From Octopus sinensis (taxonomy: Eukaryota), in the NCBI RefSeq assembly GCF_006345805.1, contig NC_043020.1, positions 9,672,001 to 9,736,000 on the forward strand: a DNA stretch of 64,000 nt. The letters are read 5' to 3'. Every line of letters begins with the position of its first letter. Within the stretch, counting starts at the first letter, position 1. Below are positions 33,163 through 46,998 of the stretch, one piece after another. The notes below the pieces were generated by a model. The model was not told where the DNA came from and ran no database searches. It was given only the letters and a program-made list of their open reading frames with translations. The position numbers were made by a program, and so were the translations under genes.

Positions 33163-33890
33163 AATATTCATCCTAATTGCATTTTAGTTAACTCTGTGAG
33201 CATGTTATAGCTTTAATTTCTACCTCCGTTATATGATTACAATGATGTCGACGACGACGATGTTGTATATGGATATTTATATATTTATGTACATATTTAC
33301 GTTCATAAGTTTATTTATATTTTTGTATTACACTAACAAACAAATATTCATCCTAATTGCATTTTAGTTAACTCTGTGAGCATGTTATAGCTTTAATTTC
33401 TACCTCCGTTATATAATTACAATGATGACCACAACAACGATGTTGTATATGGATATTTATGTATCTATGTACATATTTACGTTCATAAGTTTATTTATAT
33501 TTTTGTATTACACTAACAAACAAATATTCATCCTAATTGCATTTTAGTTAACTCTGTGAGCATGTTATAGCTTTAATTTCTACCTCCGTTATATAATTAC
33601 AATGATGACCACAACAACGATGTTGTATATGGATATTTATGTATCTATGTACATATTTACGTTCATAAGTTTATTTATATTTTTGTATTACACTAACAAA
33701 CAAATATTCATCCTAATTGCATTTTAGTTAACTCTGTGAGCATGTTATAGCTTTAATTTCTACCTCCGTTATATAATTACAATGATGACCACAACAACGA
33801 TGTTGTATATGGATATTTATGTATTTATGTACATATTTACGTTCATCTGTTTATTTATATTTCTGTATATATTTACACCAACAAACAAAT
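33163..33890. repeat. 180-bp tandem repeat, 4 copies
   Basis: Exact 180-nt period; copies 2 and 3 look identical. Confidence 0.95.
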
Positions 33891-35384
33891 TATTCCTAGG
33901 TGTAACAACCAAAATGTGCAAAATACATCCTTTACAGTTAATGAAAAAAAAGAAGTGCTGTTAAAGAAAGATAACTCATACTAACCGACTTATAATTGGC
34001 TGCACAAAGGTGACATGCACTTCTTCTTATATGTTCAGTATCATAAACAAGTAACACGAGATGTGAAGGTATTGCTTAAAAAGTTCAGCAATTTTGGCTG
34101 ATTATTATGCAGATTAGCCCTTATATAATGTTTGTGTTGTTTACTGGTGTAGAAAAAGGTAACGTAATTTATGTTGAGTCATAAAATATTAAATAATATA
34201 AGATAATAGATTGCTTTTAGTTGTTTAGGATCTTTTCGGTTTGAACGGCAGTTTTTTAAAAATAATTTCTAGGTAACTAAAAAAATTTTAAACCTCGTAT
34301 ACTGGTAGAATGTGTTTATGAAACATCTTTTTCTCTTGGCTTTATTGAGAAAATTCTATTGTTTGTAAGATATTTGTTGTTTTTTTTTCTTCATTTTCTG
34401 CAATTTCAACCAATCAATGACGTCTATTAAGGTAACCCTCCCCCCCATTCTGTGCCGTTTGAATATGTCCCTCGTTTAAGAAACAGATTGGGTTTATTTA
34501 CATTTGTGAAGAAAAAAAGATACCCTTCCTCCCCACCTCTAACTAACCCTAACCCTAAACATTGAAATGCAATAAATCGATAATTATGGGTGACAATTTC
34601 ATATGAAACCGCTAGGAAAAACTGCCGTTCAAACCGAAAAGATCCAAAACACTTTTATGATGCGCTGGGTAAAAAATAGGTAAAAAATAATAACATTTCG
34701 AATATCAGCGATTCTGTGTTCGCAATTTTCAAAAACTAAGAACATTATATTTTTTGTTTATGAGAAAGTGATTTGGATTAGAATACTTTTTTTTCTATAG
34801 ATATGTAACAGATGGATGTTGTTTATTGTGGACTTAGTTGAGTTGACAGAATGTAGAGATAAGAGATTGATTTGAAGAACCATATGTATTTTATATATAA
34901 ACCGAAATTTATTTATTCTCTTTAAATTGGTAACGAAATGTATTTATATACATTCAAACATCACTGCAGTTTGTGTTTAGTTTGGAGCTCGGGTATGTAT
35001 ACTCTTTTACTTGTTTAAGTCATTTGACTGTGGCCATGCTGGAGCATCACCTTTAGTCGAGCAAATCGACCCCAGGACTTATTCTTTGTAAGCCTAGTAC
35101 TTATTCTATCGGTCTCTTTTTGCCAAACCGCTAAGTTACGGGGATGTAAATACACCACCATCGGTTGTCAAGCGATTTTGGGAGGACAAACACAGACACA
35201 CAAACATCTACACATACATATATATATACGATGGCTTCTTTCAGTTTCCGTCTACCAAATCCATTCACAAGGCTTTGGTCGGCCCGAGGCTATATTAGAA
35301 GACACTTGCCCAAGGTGCCACATAGTGGGACTGAACTCTGAACCATGTGGTCGGTAAGCAAGCTACTCAAAATCAAACCAAATC

Positions 35385-35955
35385 AAATCAGATATCAGAA
35401 AGCAGAACCAAAATCGAAGTCGATCAACATCAATGGAAATTGCAGCTGTGATACCAGTGCCGGTGACAAGTAAGCAAACAATCCGATCGTGGCCGTTGCC
35501 AGCTCTGCCCCGTCTGGCCTCCGTGCTGGTGGCACGTAAAAAGCACCATCCGTTCCTGGCCGTTGCCAGCCTCGCCTGGCCTCCGTGCCGGTGACACGTA
35601 GCACCATCCGTTCGTGGCCGTTACAAGCCTCACCTGGCCTCCGTGCCGGTGGCACGTAAAAAGCACCATCCGATCGTGGCCGTTGCCAGCCTGGCCTGGA
35701 CCCCGTGCCGGTGACACGTAAAAAGCACCATCCGTCCGTGGCCGTCTGCCAGCTCCTTCTCGCACCTGTGCGGGTGGCACGTAAAAAGCACCCACTACAT
35801 TCACGGAGTGGTTGGCATTAGGAAGGGCATCCAGCCGTAGAAACACTGCCAGATCAGACTGGGCCTGATGCAGCCTTCTGGCTTCACAGACCCCAGTTGA
35901 ACCGTCCAACCCATGCTAGCATGGAAAGTGGACGCTAAATGATGATGATGATGTA
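35385..35955 (+). mobile_element. LINE-tail-like element with internal ~57-nt tandem unit and (ATG)n tail
   Basis: Ends CCCATGCTAGCATGGAAAGTGGACGCTAAATGATGATG. Copies at ~41395-41815 (-), 47495-47645 (-), 47800-48062, 52320-52535, 53700-53800 and 58470-58885. Confidence 0.75.
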
Positions 35956-37536
35956 TGTGTGTGTGTTTGTCCCCCCAACATCGCTTGACAACCGACGCTG
36001 GTGTGTTTACGTCCCTGTAACTTAGCAGTTCAGCAAAAGAGGCTGACAGAATAAGTACTATGCTTACAAAGAATAAGTCCTGGAGTCGATTTGCTTGACT
36101 AAAGGCAGTGCCCCAGCATGGCTGCAGTCAAATGACTGAAACAAGTAAAAGAGTATATATTACTAGAGCTACTTTTAGTTCATAATATATATAGGCGCAG
36201 GAGTGGCTGTGTGGTAAGTAGCTTGTTTACCAACCACATGGTTCCGAGTTCAGTCCCACTGCGTGGCACCTTGGGCAAGTGTCTTCTACTATAGCCTCGG
36301 GCCGACCAAAGCCTTGTGAGTGGATTTGGTAGACGGAAACTGAAAGAAGCCCATCATATATATATATAGGCATAGGAGTGGCTGTGTGGTAAGTAGCTTG
36401 TTTACCAACCACATGGTTCCGAGTTCAGTCCCACTGCGTGGCACCTTGGGCAAGTGTCTTCTACTATAGCCTCGGGCCGACCAAAGCTTTGTGAGTGGAT
36501 TTGGTAGACGGAAACTGAAAGAAGCCCATCATATATATATATAGGCATAGGAGTGGCTGTGTGGTAAGTAGCTTGTTTACCAACCACATGGTTCCGAGTT
36601 CAGTCCCACTGCATGGCACCTTGGGCAAGTGTCTTCTACTATAGCCTCGGGCCGACCAAAGCTTTGTGAGTGGATTTGGTAGACGGAAACTGAAAGAAGC
36701 CCATCATATATATATATAGGCATAGGAGTGGCTGTGTGGTAAGTAGCTTGTTTACCAACCACATGGTTCCGAGTTCAGTCCCACTGCGTGGCACCTTGGG
36801 CAAGTGTCTTCTACTATAGCCTCGGGCCGACCAAAGCCTTGTGAGTGGATTTGGTAGACGGAAACTGAAAGAAGCCCGTCGTATATATGTATATATATAT
36901 ATGTGTGTGTGTGTGTGTTTGTCCCCTTAGCATTGCTTGGCAACCGATGCTGGTGTGTTTATGTCCCTGTCACTTAGCGGTTCGGCAAAAGAGACCGATA
37001 GAATAAGTACTGGGCTTACAAAAAAAGAATAAGTCCCGGGGTCGAGTTGCTCGATTAAAAGGCGGTGCTCCAGCATGGCCGCAGTCAAAATGACTGAAAC
37101 AAGTAAAAAGAAAAAAGAAAGAATAGGCTTTGCATTATTATTAGGGTTGTGGTTGTTTAGCATGCCTTTGATCAAAAGCACTCCTACCATGACCATTCCA
37201 TCTTTTTCCCTAAGCGCAGTGCACCTATGACCACATTGTACAAGCTTTTGGATATTTGACTCCTATTTCTGGCAGAATTAGTGACCACATAGTTGACTCC
37301 CAAAGTGGAGTGATAGAAAGTGGCTGTATTAAACTAAGCGTCTTTTAGTATATCTAGTTACATATTTGTGCTTTCTGAGTTCAAATCTCAGATGGTGGGC
37401 CGTCAGCTTTGCATTTCATCCTCCCATGTGTAATAAGTGTCAGTTTTTTTTTGTTTTTTTTCCTTTTGCCTAATCGCTTTATGCCCTACAAGCTCATAAA
37501 GTTGAAGCTTATCCATGTTTTTGAGGTTTTTAGGTG

Positions 37537-37926
37537 AATGAAAGTGCAAAACTTCCTCTTAAACAAAAGTGCTCGGTCCACCCTTACCCCAGTTGCCACT
37601 GGTTCTTATTTTTGGCTAAGTGGGCTTAATGAAGTGTTATGCCCAAGGACACAGCATGCTACCTGGTCCAGAAATTGAGGCCACAGCCCAAAGATTGTTA
37701 ACCAACTACTCAAGAATTCGCTTTCAATGAAAGTGCAAAACTTCCTCTTAAACAAAAGTGCTCGGTCCACCCCTACCCCAGTTGCTGCTAGTTCTTATTT
37801 TTGGCTAAGTGGGCTTCAGTAATGAAAAATGAAGTGTTATGCTCAAGGACACAGCATGCTACCTGGTCCAGAAATTGAGGCCACAGCCCAAAGTTTGTTA
37901 ACCAACTACTCAAGAATTCGCTTTCA
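37537..37926. repeat. ~190-bp tandem duplication
   Basis: AATGAAAGTGCAAAACTTCCTC...CAAGAATTCGCTTTCA occurs twice. Confidence 0.9.
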
Positions 37927-38999
37927 CGTCAGTGAGATACTGGAATGAAAGAAATCATGTAGAATCCTCAGCCAAACTTGTGGCTCCATGCCAATGCAAG
38001 AAATCATTAAAAGACCAGTGGAAGGGGTAAAAGAAATGACTGGTATGGTTGAGTGCCAATGTATGATAAAAGAAAGGCAGGCAGAGGCCTTACAATATCT
38101 GTATTTACATCATTCGGAAACCTCATGCTTGATGTTCTATGAATGATGATTTACGTCACCCAAGAACTTAAAAATATAATTCTTGATGTTTTGAATTCCT
38201 GTCTTGGCAAAATCAGATTTGCCCTTCGTGATTCTATGGATTTGCTAAAATAGCTGCTACAACTAAATAGGGGAAGATCATGACATTTGTTTATACTACA
38301 TGAAATTGGACTGGTGCCTAAGGTGGGAGGGGCTAGTGGGGGAAGGTTATCTTACCGTAATGGTTGAAAATAAATATCAGAAAACTATTCTTTTTTTTTT
38401 TTTTTTTTGAGAAGGATGGGCAGTGTTTAGAATGGCTTTCTTTACTCATTACCTTCGCAAGCCTCCTGAGGCCAGTGTGATCAACAGGATTTAGATATTT
38501 CTCTCAAACAGTTGCAGGTAGACAATTGAAGGAGAAACATGTCCAAGGAAGGAATTCCAGAGAGTATATTTACAAGGGAGTAAGGACTGGGCTTCGCATT
38601 TTTTACTGAGACAGGAGTTAGCACAGTATAGGGTGGGCGAAGAGGAGGGGTGAGATGTTTTGCTGTACCTTGACCAATGCTGTTAGAAGTTTGGTGTATA
38701 CTCTGTGGTGTATTTAGCCATTTAGCTTCCACCATCAATTTTACAATCCATATTTATTTTTCAAATATAATTTCTGTGTGTGTGTGTGTATATATATGTG
38801 ACCTCGTGTGTACCGTTGGCGATTTTTTTTCCTCTGTCTTCCCTTCACTGGATATTTCCTTCTCCTATGTTTCCGACGAAGAGCTCTGCTTGAAACGTTA
38901 AACCCTCCTTCTTTCCTTCTTTCCTGAGCGTCCAATAATACTATATTTGTTCCACGCCCTCGCGTTGTTGTGTTTTTTTGTGCTTTCTTGTTTGGATTA

Positions 39000-39044
<45 letters not shown>

Positions 39045-40781
39045 CTGAAATTGCGAGGATGATATGGTTCTTGACTGAGGATAGGAAGCTTCGAATGACC
39101 TGTCCTTGTTTTTTTTGTATCGTCTATCTGGATGTTTTATTGTCCCATTTATGTATCACCTGTGTGATCATGGATGTTTTGCATTCTTGTCCCATTTTGT
39201 ATTTTATGTATATATATATATATATGTATGTATGTATGTACGTATGTTTGTTCATACACACACACACATGGACTTATTCTGTTTAGCTAAAACATTGACA
39301 CAACGAATTCACAGGGAATGGACAGGATTCTGTGACATTCATGTTTTTCTCAAAGGTAAAATGGTTTCAACAGTTGACAGCCAAAACTATAACTATGACA
39401 ACTACCACCACAGCCACCACCACCGACTCCACCATCTAAAGGGGTATATCTCAAAACATTTGTTTATGTATTAGACACAATAGTACTAAATGTTATTTGT
39501 TTATTTAGGTTATCACCATTAGATACATTATCACTCTAGCCTACACCTAGTATTTTATTTATCCAAATCATATGTATGTGTGTGTATATAGTATATATAT
39601 ATGTATATATATATGTGTGTGTGTGTATAGATATATATATATATATAGCCAGATCACTCACAAGTGCTACTGGCACTATGTAATCTGGTATAACCTGTTG
39701 CGTGATGAGCAGCTTGTTGGGGAGTAAACCGGTTCCCCAGTTATGCTTGCCTGGTAAGAGGGTTGTTAGGAGAATGAAAAGCTAAGTCAGCCTTGGAGTA
39801 AAAAGAATGCAACTGATACAGATTAAAATGCCATGAAATATTTTCTTTTAACACACCAGCTTTTTGCCACAACACACATACGCACACTTGTTGGGTTTCT
39901 ATATATTGTTCACTCTTCGAATTTCATTCACAAGGCTTTGGTCAACTCGAAGCTATTGTAGTAGAACACTGTTGCTCAAAGAGCTGTGTGTTGGGATGGA
40001 ACCCAAGTGCATGTAGTTACAAAATTAATTTCTTAATCATGTGGCTATACTCTTACTCTTTTACTTGTTTCAGTCATTTGACTGCGGCCATGCTGGAGCA
40101 CCGCCTTTAGTCGAGCAAATCGACCCCGGGACTTATTCATTTTGTAAGCCCAGTACTTATTCTATCGGTCGCTTTTGCCGAACTGCTAAGTGACGGGGAC
40201 ATAAACACACCAGCATCGGTTGTCAAGCAATGTTAGGGGGCCAAACACAGACACACAAACACAGACATACATATATACGACAGGCTTCTTTCAGTTTCCG
40301 TCTACCAAATCCACTCACAAGGCATTGGTCGGCCCGGGGCTGTAGCAGAAGACACTTGCTCAAGGTGCTACGCAGTGGGACTGAACCCGGAACCATGTGG
40401 TTGGTTAGCAAGCTACTTACCACACAGCCACTCCTGCGCCCGCTATGCAGGCATTAGTTCATTATTTCTTTCGCATAGGTCAACTCAGCCAGGTATTGCA
40501 AGCTGTTTGCTTCCTAACCGCATGGCTTTGGGTTCATTCTCACTGCGTGGCACACTGGGCAAGTATCTTCTATGCTAGTCCCCAAGATGGCTAAAGTCTT
40601 GTGAATGGATTTTAGTAGATGGAAACAGAGCCTGTTGTGTGTGTGTATGTGTGTGTGTATGTGTGTGCTACTGTCTCTGCTTTGACTCTGTGTGATAGGT
40701 GTAAAATGAGTAGAACTATCATACAACCAGTGTCCTTTATTTCCAGTCTTCCATGAAAATATGTCTGGGTCATAGAAAATA

Positions 40782-41158
40782 TCTTTATATATAAAAGTGA
40801 AGTTGTGTGTCTGTCTCCTACGATTTAGATTCCTAACTACTCCCACATTTTGCGGTGTAGTTTAACCAAAACCGGGTATCTTATAGTCGTGATTCATATC
40901 AAGCCCTTCTGGGTATTAGCGCACGTCTACGATGAGTCTACGATTTTAAAAACAATTTACCATCATTCTTTTCCATTTTAATGCATTTTTTCGCTATTAT
41001 ATAAGGGAAGTAACTCTCTAAAAATGTCTACGATGAGTCAACGATTTAAAAAAAAATTTACCATAATTTTTTTGCTATTTTTTTGGCTATAACTCTCTAA
41101 AAATGTTTATATAGTTATTTCCCTTACAAACCCAAGCAACGCCGGGCGATACTGCTAG
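40782..41158 (+). mobile_element. non-autonomous Helitron, same family
   Basis: A|TC...GCAACGCCGGGCGATACTGCTAG|T. Confidence 0.87.
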
Positions 41159-41926
41159 TATTAAATATAGAACTGTAAATATTACCATGTTTAGAATTAG
41201 GTCAGGGTTGATCATAGGGAGAGAATCCTGTTGTAGAAAATCTGCTTTGACAAATTCCGTCTGACCCATGCAAGTATGGAAAAGTGGATGTTAAAATTAA
41301 AATAAGAGCTGTGATGATGCGGAGGATAGATAATGACCACAGCTGACCAGCAAAACTACACACAAACTGCAATATATGTCAACTATCATCATCATCACCA
41401 TCATCATCGTTTAACGTCCGTTCTCCATGCTAGCATGGGTTGGACGGTTCGACCGGGGATCTGGGAAGCCAGAAGGCTGCACCAGGCTCCAGTCTTATCT
41501 GGCAATGTTTCTACAGCTGGATGCCCTTCCTAACGCCAACCACTCCGTGAGTGTAGTGGGTGCTTTTTACGTGCCACCTGCACAGGTGCCAGGTGAGGCT
41601 GGCAACGGCCGCGGTCGGATTGGTGTATTTTACGTGCCACCAGCACGGAAGCCAGTCAACGCGGCACTGGCATCAGCCACGATTCGGATGGTGCTTTTTA
41701 CGTGCCACCTGCACAGGTGCCAGGCGAGGCTGGCAACGGCCACGGTCGGATTGGTGTATTTTACGTGCCACCGGCACGGAAGCCAGTCGACGCAGCACTG
41801 GCATCGGCCACGAGTCGAATAGTGCCTTGTTAACTTTCATTTTTTTTCTCTATACAGTGTCTGACCCGATTTTTTAAGCCTCTCCACTGAAGATCCGTTG
41901 AAGAGTTGATGGAGCAGCACTAGAAG

Positions 41927-42035
41927 ATGTCGTTAGCACCAAAACTTGTGTGTCCTGTTAACAGGATCCACTACATATCACTCAGCTCCCTACTCCTTTC
42001 ACCGAGGGCGGCAGCTATCAAAACAACACCACCAG
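41927..42035 (+). CDS. CLPX: CLPX coding exon 1 (putative mitochondrial presequence)
   Basis: Exon 41858-42035 (TACAG acceptor, CAG|GTATGT donor). The ATG is preceded by an in-frame stop. MSLAPKLVCPVNRIHYISLSSLLLSPRAAAIKTTPP has no acidic residues, and its phase-1 end joins in frame to the next exon. Confidence 0.7.
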
Positions 42036-43716
42036 GTATGTTTGTTGTTTCCTCAACATTTCTTTCTCCTACTCTCTTTTACTCTTTTACTTGTTTCAGT
42101 CATTTGATTGCGGCCATGCTGGAGCACCGCCTTTAGTCGAGCAAATCATCGAACCCCGGGACTTATTCTTTGTAAGCCCAGTACTTATTCTATGGGTCTC
42201 TTTTGCCGAACCGCTAAGTGACGGCGATGTAAACACACCACCATCGCTTGTCAAGCAATGCTAGCGGGACAAACACAGACACACAAACATATACATACAC
42301 ATACATATATATATATACATATATACGACAGGCTTCTTTCAGTTTCCGTCTACCAAATCCACTCACAAGGCTTTGGTCGGCCCGAGGTTATAGTAGAAGA
42401 CACTTGCCCAAGGTGCCACGCAGTGGGACTGAACCCGAAACCATGTTGTTGGTTAGCAAGCTACTTACCACACAGCCACTCCTGCGCCTCACAGCCACGC
42501 CTCGGATAAGAAAGAATCTTGTGTCATTATCTCTGTCTCTCCTTCACTCATCAATATCATCATCATCATTTAATGGTCATTTTCCGTGCTGGCATGGGTT
42601 TGGATGGTTTGACCATTGCTGGGAAGCAGGAAAGCTACACCAGGTTCCAGTCCGATTTGGCATGGTTTTCTATGGCTGGATGCCCTTCCTAACACCAACT
42701 ACTTTACATTGTATGCTGGGTACTTTTTATGTAGTACCAGCATGAGTGCTTTTATATGGTACCAAGCGCAGGTACACACTTTGTAGATTAATGCAATGCA
42801 CAAAACCATGCAATTTTTAAGTGTTCCTCTTAAAATTGTTCGTAATCCATGTTGATGTTGGACAAGGTAGCCTTATCCAGTTGTGAGGTTTATTCATATG
42901 AAACCAATGACAGTATTGTTAATCTCCAAATAAAAAATATATTTAACCAATAGAGGCAATGTTTAGCACTCATTCTCACTGCTTCCCACAATTGTTTACA
43001 TATATACAGTGGCCCAGTGGTTAGGGCAGCGGACTCGCGGTCGGAGGATCGCGGTTTCGATTCCCAGACCGGGCGTTATGAGTGTTTATTGAGCGAAAAC
43101 ACCTAAAGCTCCACGAGGCTCCGGCAGGGGGTGGTGGTGAACCCTGCTGTACTCTTTCACCACAACTTTCTCTCGCTCTTTCTTCCTGTTTCTCTTGTAC
43201 CTGTATTTCAAAGGGCCAGCTTTGTCACATTCTGTGTGTCACGCTGAATCTCCTCGAGAACTACGTTAAGGGTACACGTGTCTGTGGAGTGCTCAGCCAC
43301 TTGCACGTTAATATCACGAGCAGGCTGTTCCGTTGATTCGGATCAACCGGAACCCTCGTCGTCGTAACCGACGGAGTGCTTCCATTCCACATATATACAA
43401 GCATACATACATGCATACATACATGCATGCAACAAGGGTTTTCAGTAGATACAATCAACAGAATTGCCTGCTCATGAAAATAATGCGCGAGTGGGTGAGC
43501 ATTTCACAGACAGGTATACTCTTAACGTAGTCTGAAAAATATTGTCCTTTAACCCTTTTTGCTATTTCCTTAACTGTGGAGTTGATATAGTGAGGTCTCA
43601 TACCTCTGTGCACCCATATTAAGGTGTTCATATCTTAATTAAAATTACGATCAAAGTCTCATAATAGGGTTCCATTAAAAAATTTAGGGTTTCCAAGAAT
43701 AAGGTGTCTTTTGATA

Positions 43717-44233
43717 TCTATATATATAAAACTGTAGTTGTGTGAGTGTCTGTCCCCTTCGATTTAGATTCCTAACTACTCCCACATTTTGCGGTGCAGT
43801 TTAACCAAATTCGGGTATCTTATAGTCGTGATTTATATCGAGCCCGTCTGGCTATTAGCGTGCGTCTACGATGAGTCTACGATTTTAAAACTAATTTAAC
43901 ATCATTTTTTATTCCATTTTAATGCATAATTTTTCGTGTGTCGATGGCGGCGGAGTTGGCGTCCACGCTCAAACACCTGCACCTGTGTTTGCTTCTCCCC
44001 CTTCTTCCCTCCCTCGTGAAGCTGTGGGGAAGGGAGTGTAAGGAAATCAACGTCGTAAAGCGTTGTCAAGGAGACCAGCGTTCTTTTAGAACAACGACTT
44101 CATGGCTTGAAGACACCAAAACAGAAATGGCTAAGAAAGCCCGAATTGGCATCTATAAGGGAAGTAACTCTCTAAAAATGCTTATATAGTTATTTCCCTT
44201 ACAAACCCGAGCAACGCCGGGCGATACTGCTAG
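43717..44233 (+). mobile_element. non-autonomous Helitron with an extra ~220-bp internal segment
   Basis: Same termini; 43935-44152 is absent from the other three copies. Confidence 0.85.
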
Positions 44234-45514
44234 TATATTATAAAAAAAATTTCCAAATGAATGTTTTTATGTTCTGTTACATATGAATAGTTTCTCCCTC
44301 TAAACTAATTCCTGTTTCATTTAATGTTGTATTGAATGTGTAAAATATAGGTGAGGGTTCTGTGATTTTTTTTTGTTTTTGCTTAGGAAAATAGAAAAGG
44401 GTTCTGTGGCAAAATATGTTTGGGGACCACTGACCTAGGTAACAGAAAATATTAACTACATCTGCTTGTTTTAAAAAAAAATGATTTGCTTAACCCTTTT
44501 GTTCCCATATTTCTGTGTTTCAATTAATTTTGTAATTAATGAAAAATTTTGTAAAATAATTAGAAATATTGAATTTCTAAATGTCTCAGAGAGACATGAG
44601 CGGTGGTGGGGCAATATAATGGTTGTATACTGTCAACTTAACATGACAGTCCCGTAAAGGGAATCACACCACTGCTATTTTAGCCCTAGGAAGCATCGAC
44701 GCTTCCTGTCGGCTTTGACACATTTCCTGTGTCCTTTATATATCTCTTTTACTCTTTTACTTGTTTCAGTCATTTGACTGCGGCCATGCTGGAGCACCGC
44801 CTTTAGTCGAGCAAATCGACCCCGGGACTTATTCTTTGTAAGCCCAGTACTTATTCTATGGGTCTCTTTTGCCGAACCGCTAAATGACGGGGACGTAAAC
44901 ACACCAGCATCGGTTGTCAAGCAATGCTAGGAAAGACAAACACATACACACACATATATACATATATATATATACATATATACGACGGGCTTCTTTCAGT
45001 TTCTGTCTACCAAATCCACTCACAAGGTATTGGTCGGCCCGGGGCTGTAGCAGAAGACACTTGCCCAAGATGCCACGCGGTGGGACTGAACCCGGAACCA
45101 TGTGGTTGGTTAGCGAGCTACTTACCACACAGCTACTACTGCGCCTATATATATATATATATACATATATACGACGGGCTTCTTTCCCTTTCCGTTTCCG
45201 TCTACCAAATCCACTCACAAGGCATTGGTCGGCCCGGCACTATAGCAGAAGACACTTGCCCAAGATGCCACGTGGTGGGACTGAACCCGGAACCATGTGG
45301 TTGGTTAGCAAGCTACTTACCACACAGCCACTCCAACTTTGTCGTTTATTAATCTGGTGTTTGGGACATTAATTAACAGGACATTTTGATGGAAGGGTTC
45401 AGTTTAGATCACTTTAAAACGAGAAACTTGTATCACAAAACCAGGGGGTGATCTCAAAAAAAAAAAAAAAACCCCTCCAGCTCTCATGGGTAATTTCTTT
45501 TTTTTTCTCTTCAG

Positions 45515-45904
45515 TTTTTCCAAATGTCCTTCCTGTACCGAGCAGCTGTACTTCCAAGTTACTGAACTGCCAACTGAGTACATCATCTTTATTATACCGC
45601 TTCAGTGGTGGTAGTGGTAGCAGTGGCAGCAGCAGCAGCAGTAGTGGTGGTGACAACAACAACAACAAAGACAATGTCACCAGCGAGGGCAGTGGTGCCA
45701 GTGGGACCATTGGTCAAAGTGGCAGTGGTGGTGGCCGCAATGGAGGCGACGTGCATGACAGCAGTGGCAAGAATCGTGGGGACAGAGTCGGAGCCAGTGG
45801 TGCTGGTTCTTCTGGTGGTGGAAGTACCACCGGTGATAAGAAAGGGAACCAGTTGTGCTGCCCCAAATGTGGAGACCCTTGTACACACGTTGAAACATTT
45901 GTAT
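45515..45904 (+). CDS. CLPX: CLPX coding exon 2 (Gly/Ser-rich linker, start of C4 zinc finger)
   Basis: ...KGNQLCCPKCGDPCTHVETFV, as in metazoan CLPX; GTAAGT donor. Confidence 0.93.
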
Positions 45905-46858
45905 GTAAGTAGTATCTCTAATTCACCCTCTTCCCCTCTCTCTCCCTTCCTCTCTCTCTCCCTTCCTCTCTTTCTCCCTTCCTCTCTCTCTCCCTCTTTC
46001 TCTCCCTTCCTCTTTCTCTCTCTGTCCTTCTCTCTCCCTTCCTCTCTCTCCCTCTTCCTCTCTCTTTCTCTCTCTCTCTCTCCCTTCCTCTCTATCTTCT
46101 ATTTATCTTCCTTTGTTTTCCTCCTCTTCCCCATCATCATCATTGTCGTTTTAACATCCACTTTTCCATTCTTGCATGGATCAGATGATATTTATTGAGG
46201 TAAACTTTCTATCATGGGATATCCTTCCCGTCACCAGCCCTTACCTGTTTCCCAGCAGAATAATGTTTCCTTCTGACAAGGCATAATTTCACAGAAAAAT
46301 ATAAAAAAAAACCCAAACAACTGGCACTCCATTGGTTATGATGACAAGGGTTTCTGTTGATGCAATCAACAGAATTGCTTGCTCATGAAATGCACCAGCA
46401 CAGGTGCATTTTACATGACACCAGCACAGATGCTTTTTACGTGGCATCAGCATCGATGCTTTTTTATGTGGCACCAACCTGCACCAGTATATTTATGGTT
46501 AACCCCTTACCCGGCAGAAACGAATATATGCGTTTTGACCGAAATCGTTTTTTTCTATCTCTGGCGAGTTAACTCGTCAAAAGATAGACTCGCCAAAATC
46601 GACAGCAAACGAGTTCCTTCGTCTAAAAATGGGTTAACTCGTTTCTGCCCAAAGCGGTAATTTAAAATCAATATTATTGAATTAAAATTCATAATAAATA
46701 AGGTTTGAAATATACCTCGAAATCACCATTCAAAACATAGTAAAATAAAACAATTAAAAAACATGTCTGAAAAAATACATTTATTTTCAAAATAATTGTT
46801 GGGTAAGGGGTTAATAATGTTTTGACTTTTTTTGTCATTTTCTTTTATTTTTTTGCAG

Positions 46859-46998
46859 CTTCAACCAGATTTGTAAAATGTGAAAAATGCCATCATTTTT
46901 TCGTGGTCTTGTCTGAAACGGATTCAAAGAAAAGCTTTAAAGAAAGCAAAGAAGAGCGCCAAGGTCCAGCTCGAAGTCCTCCGCCTGCACCTAAAAAG
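46859..46998 (+). CDS. CLPX: CLPX coding exon 3
   Basis: [20 protein letters not shown]...PPPAPKK; frame continuity requires a GC donor at 46999. Confidence 0.92.
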
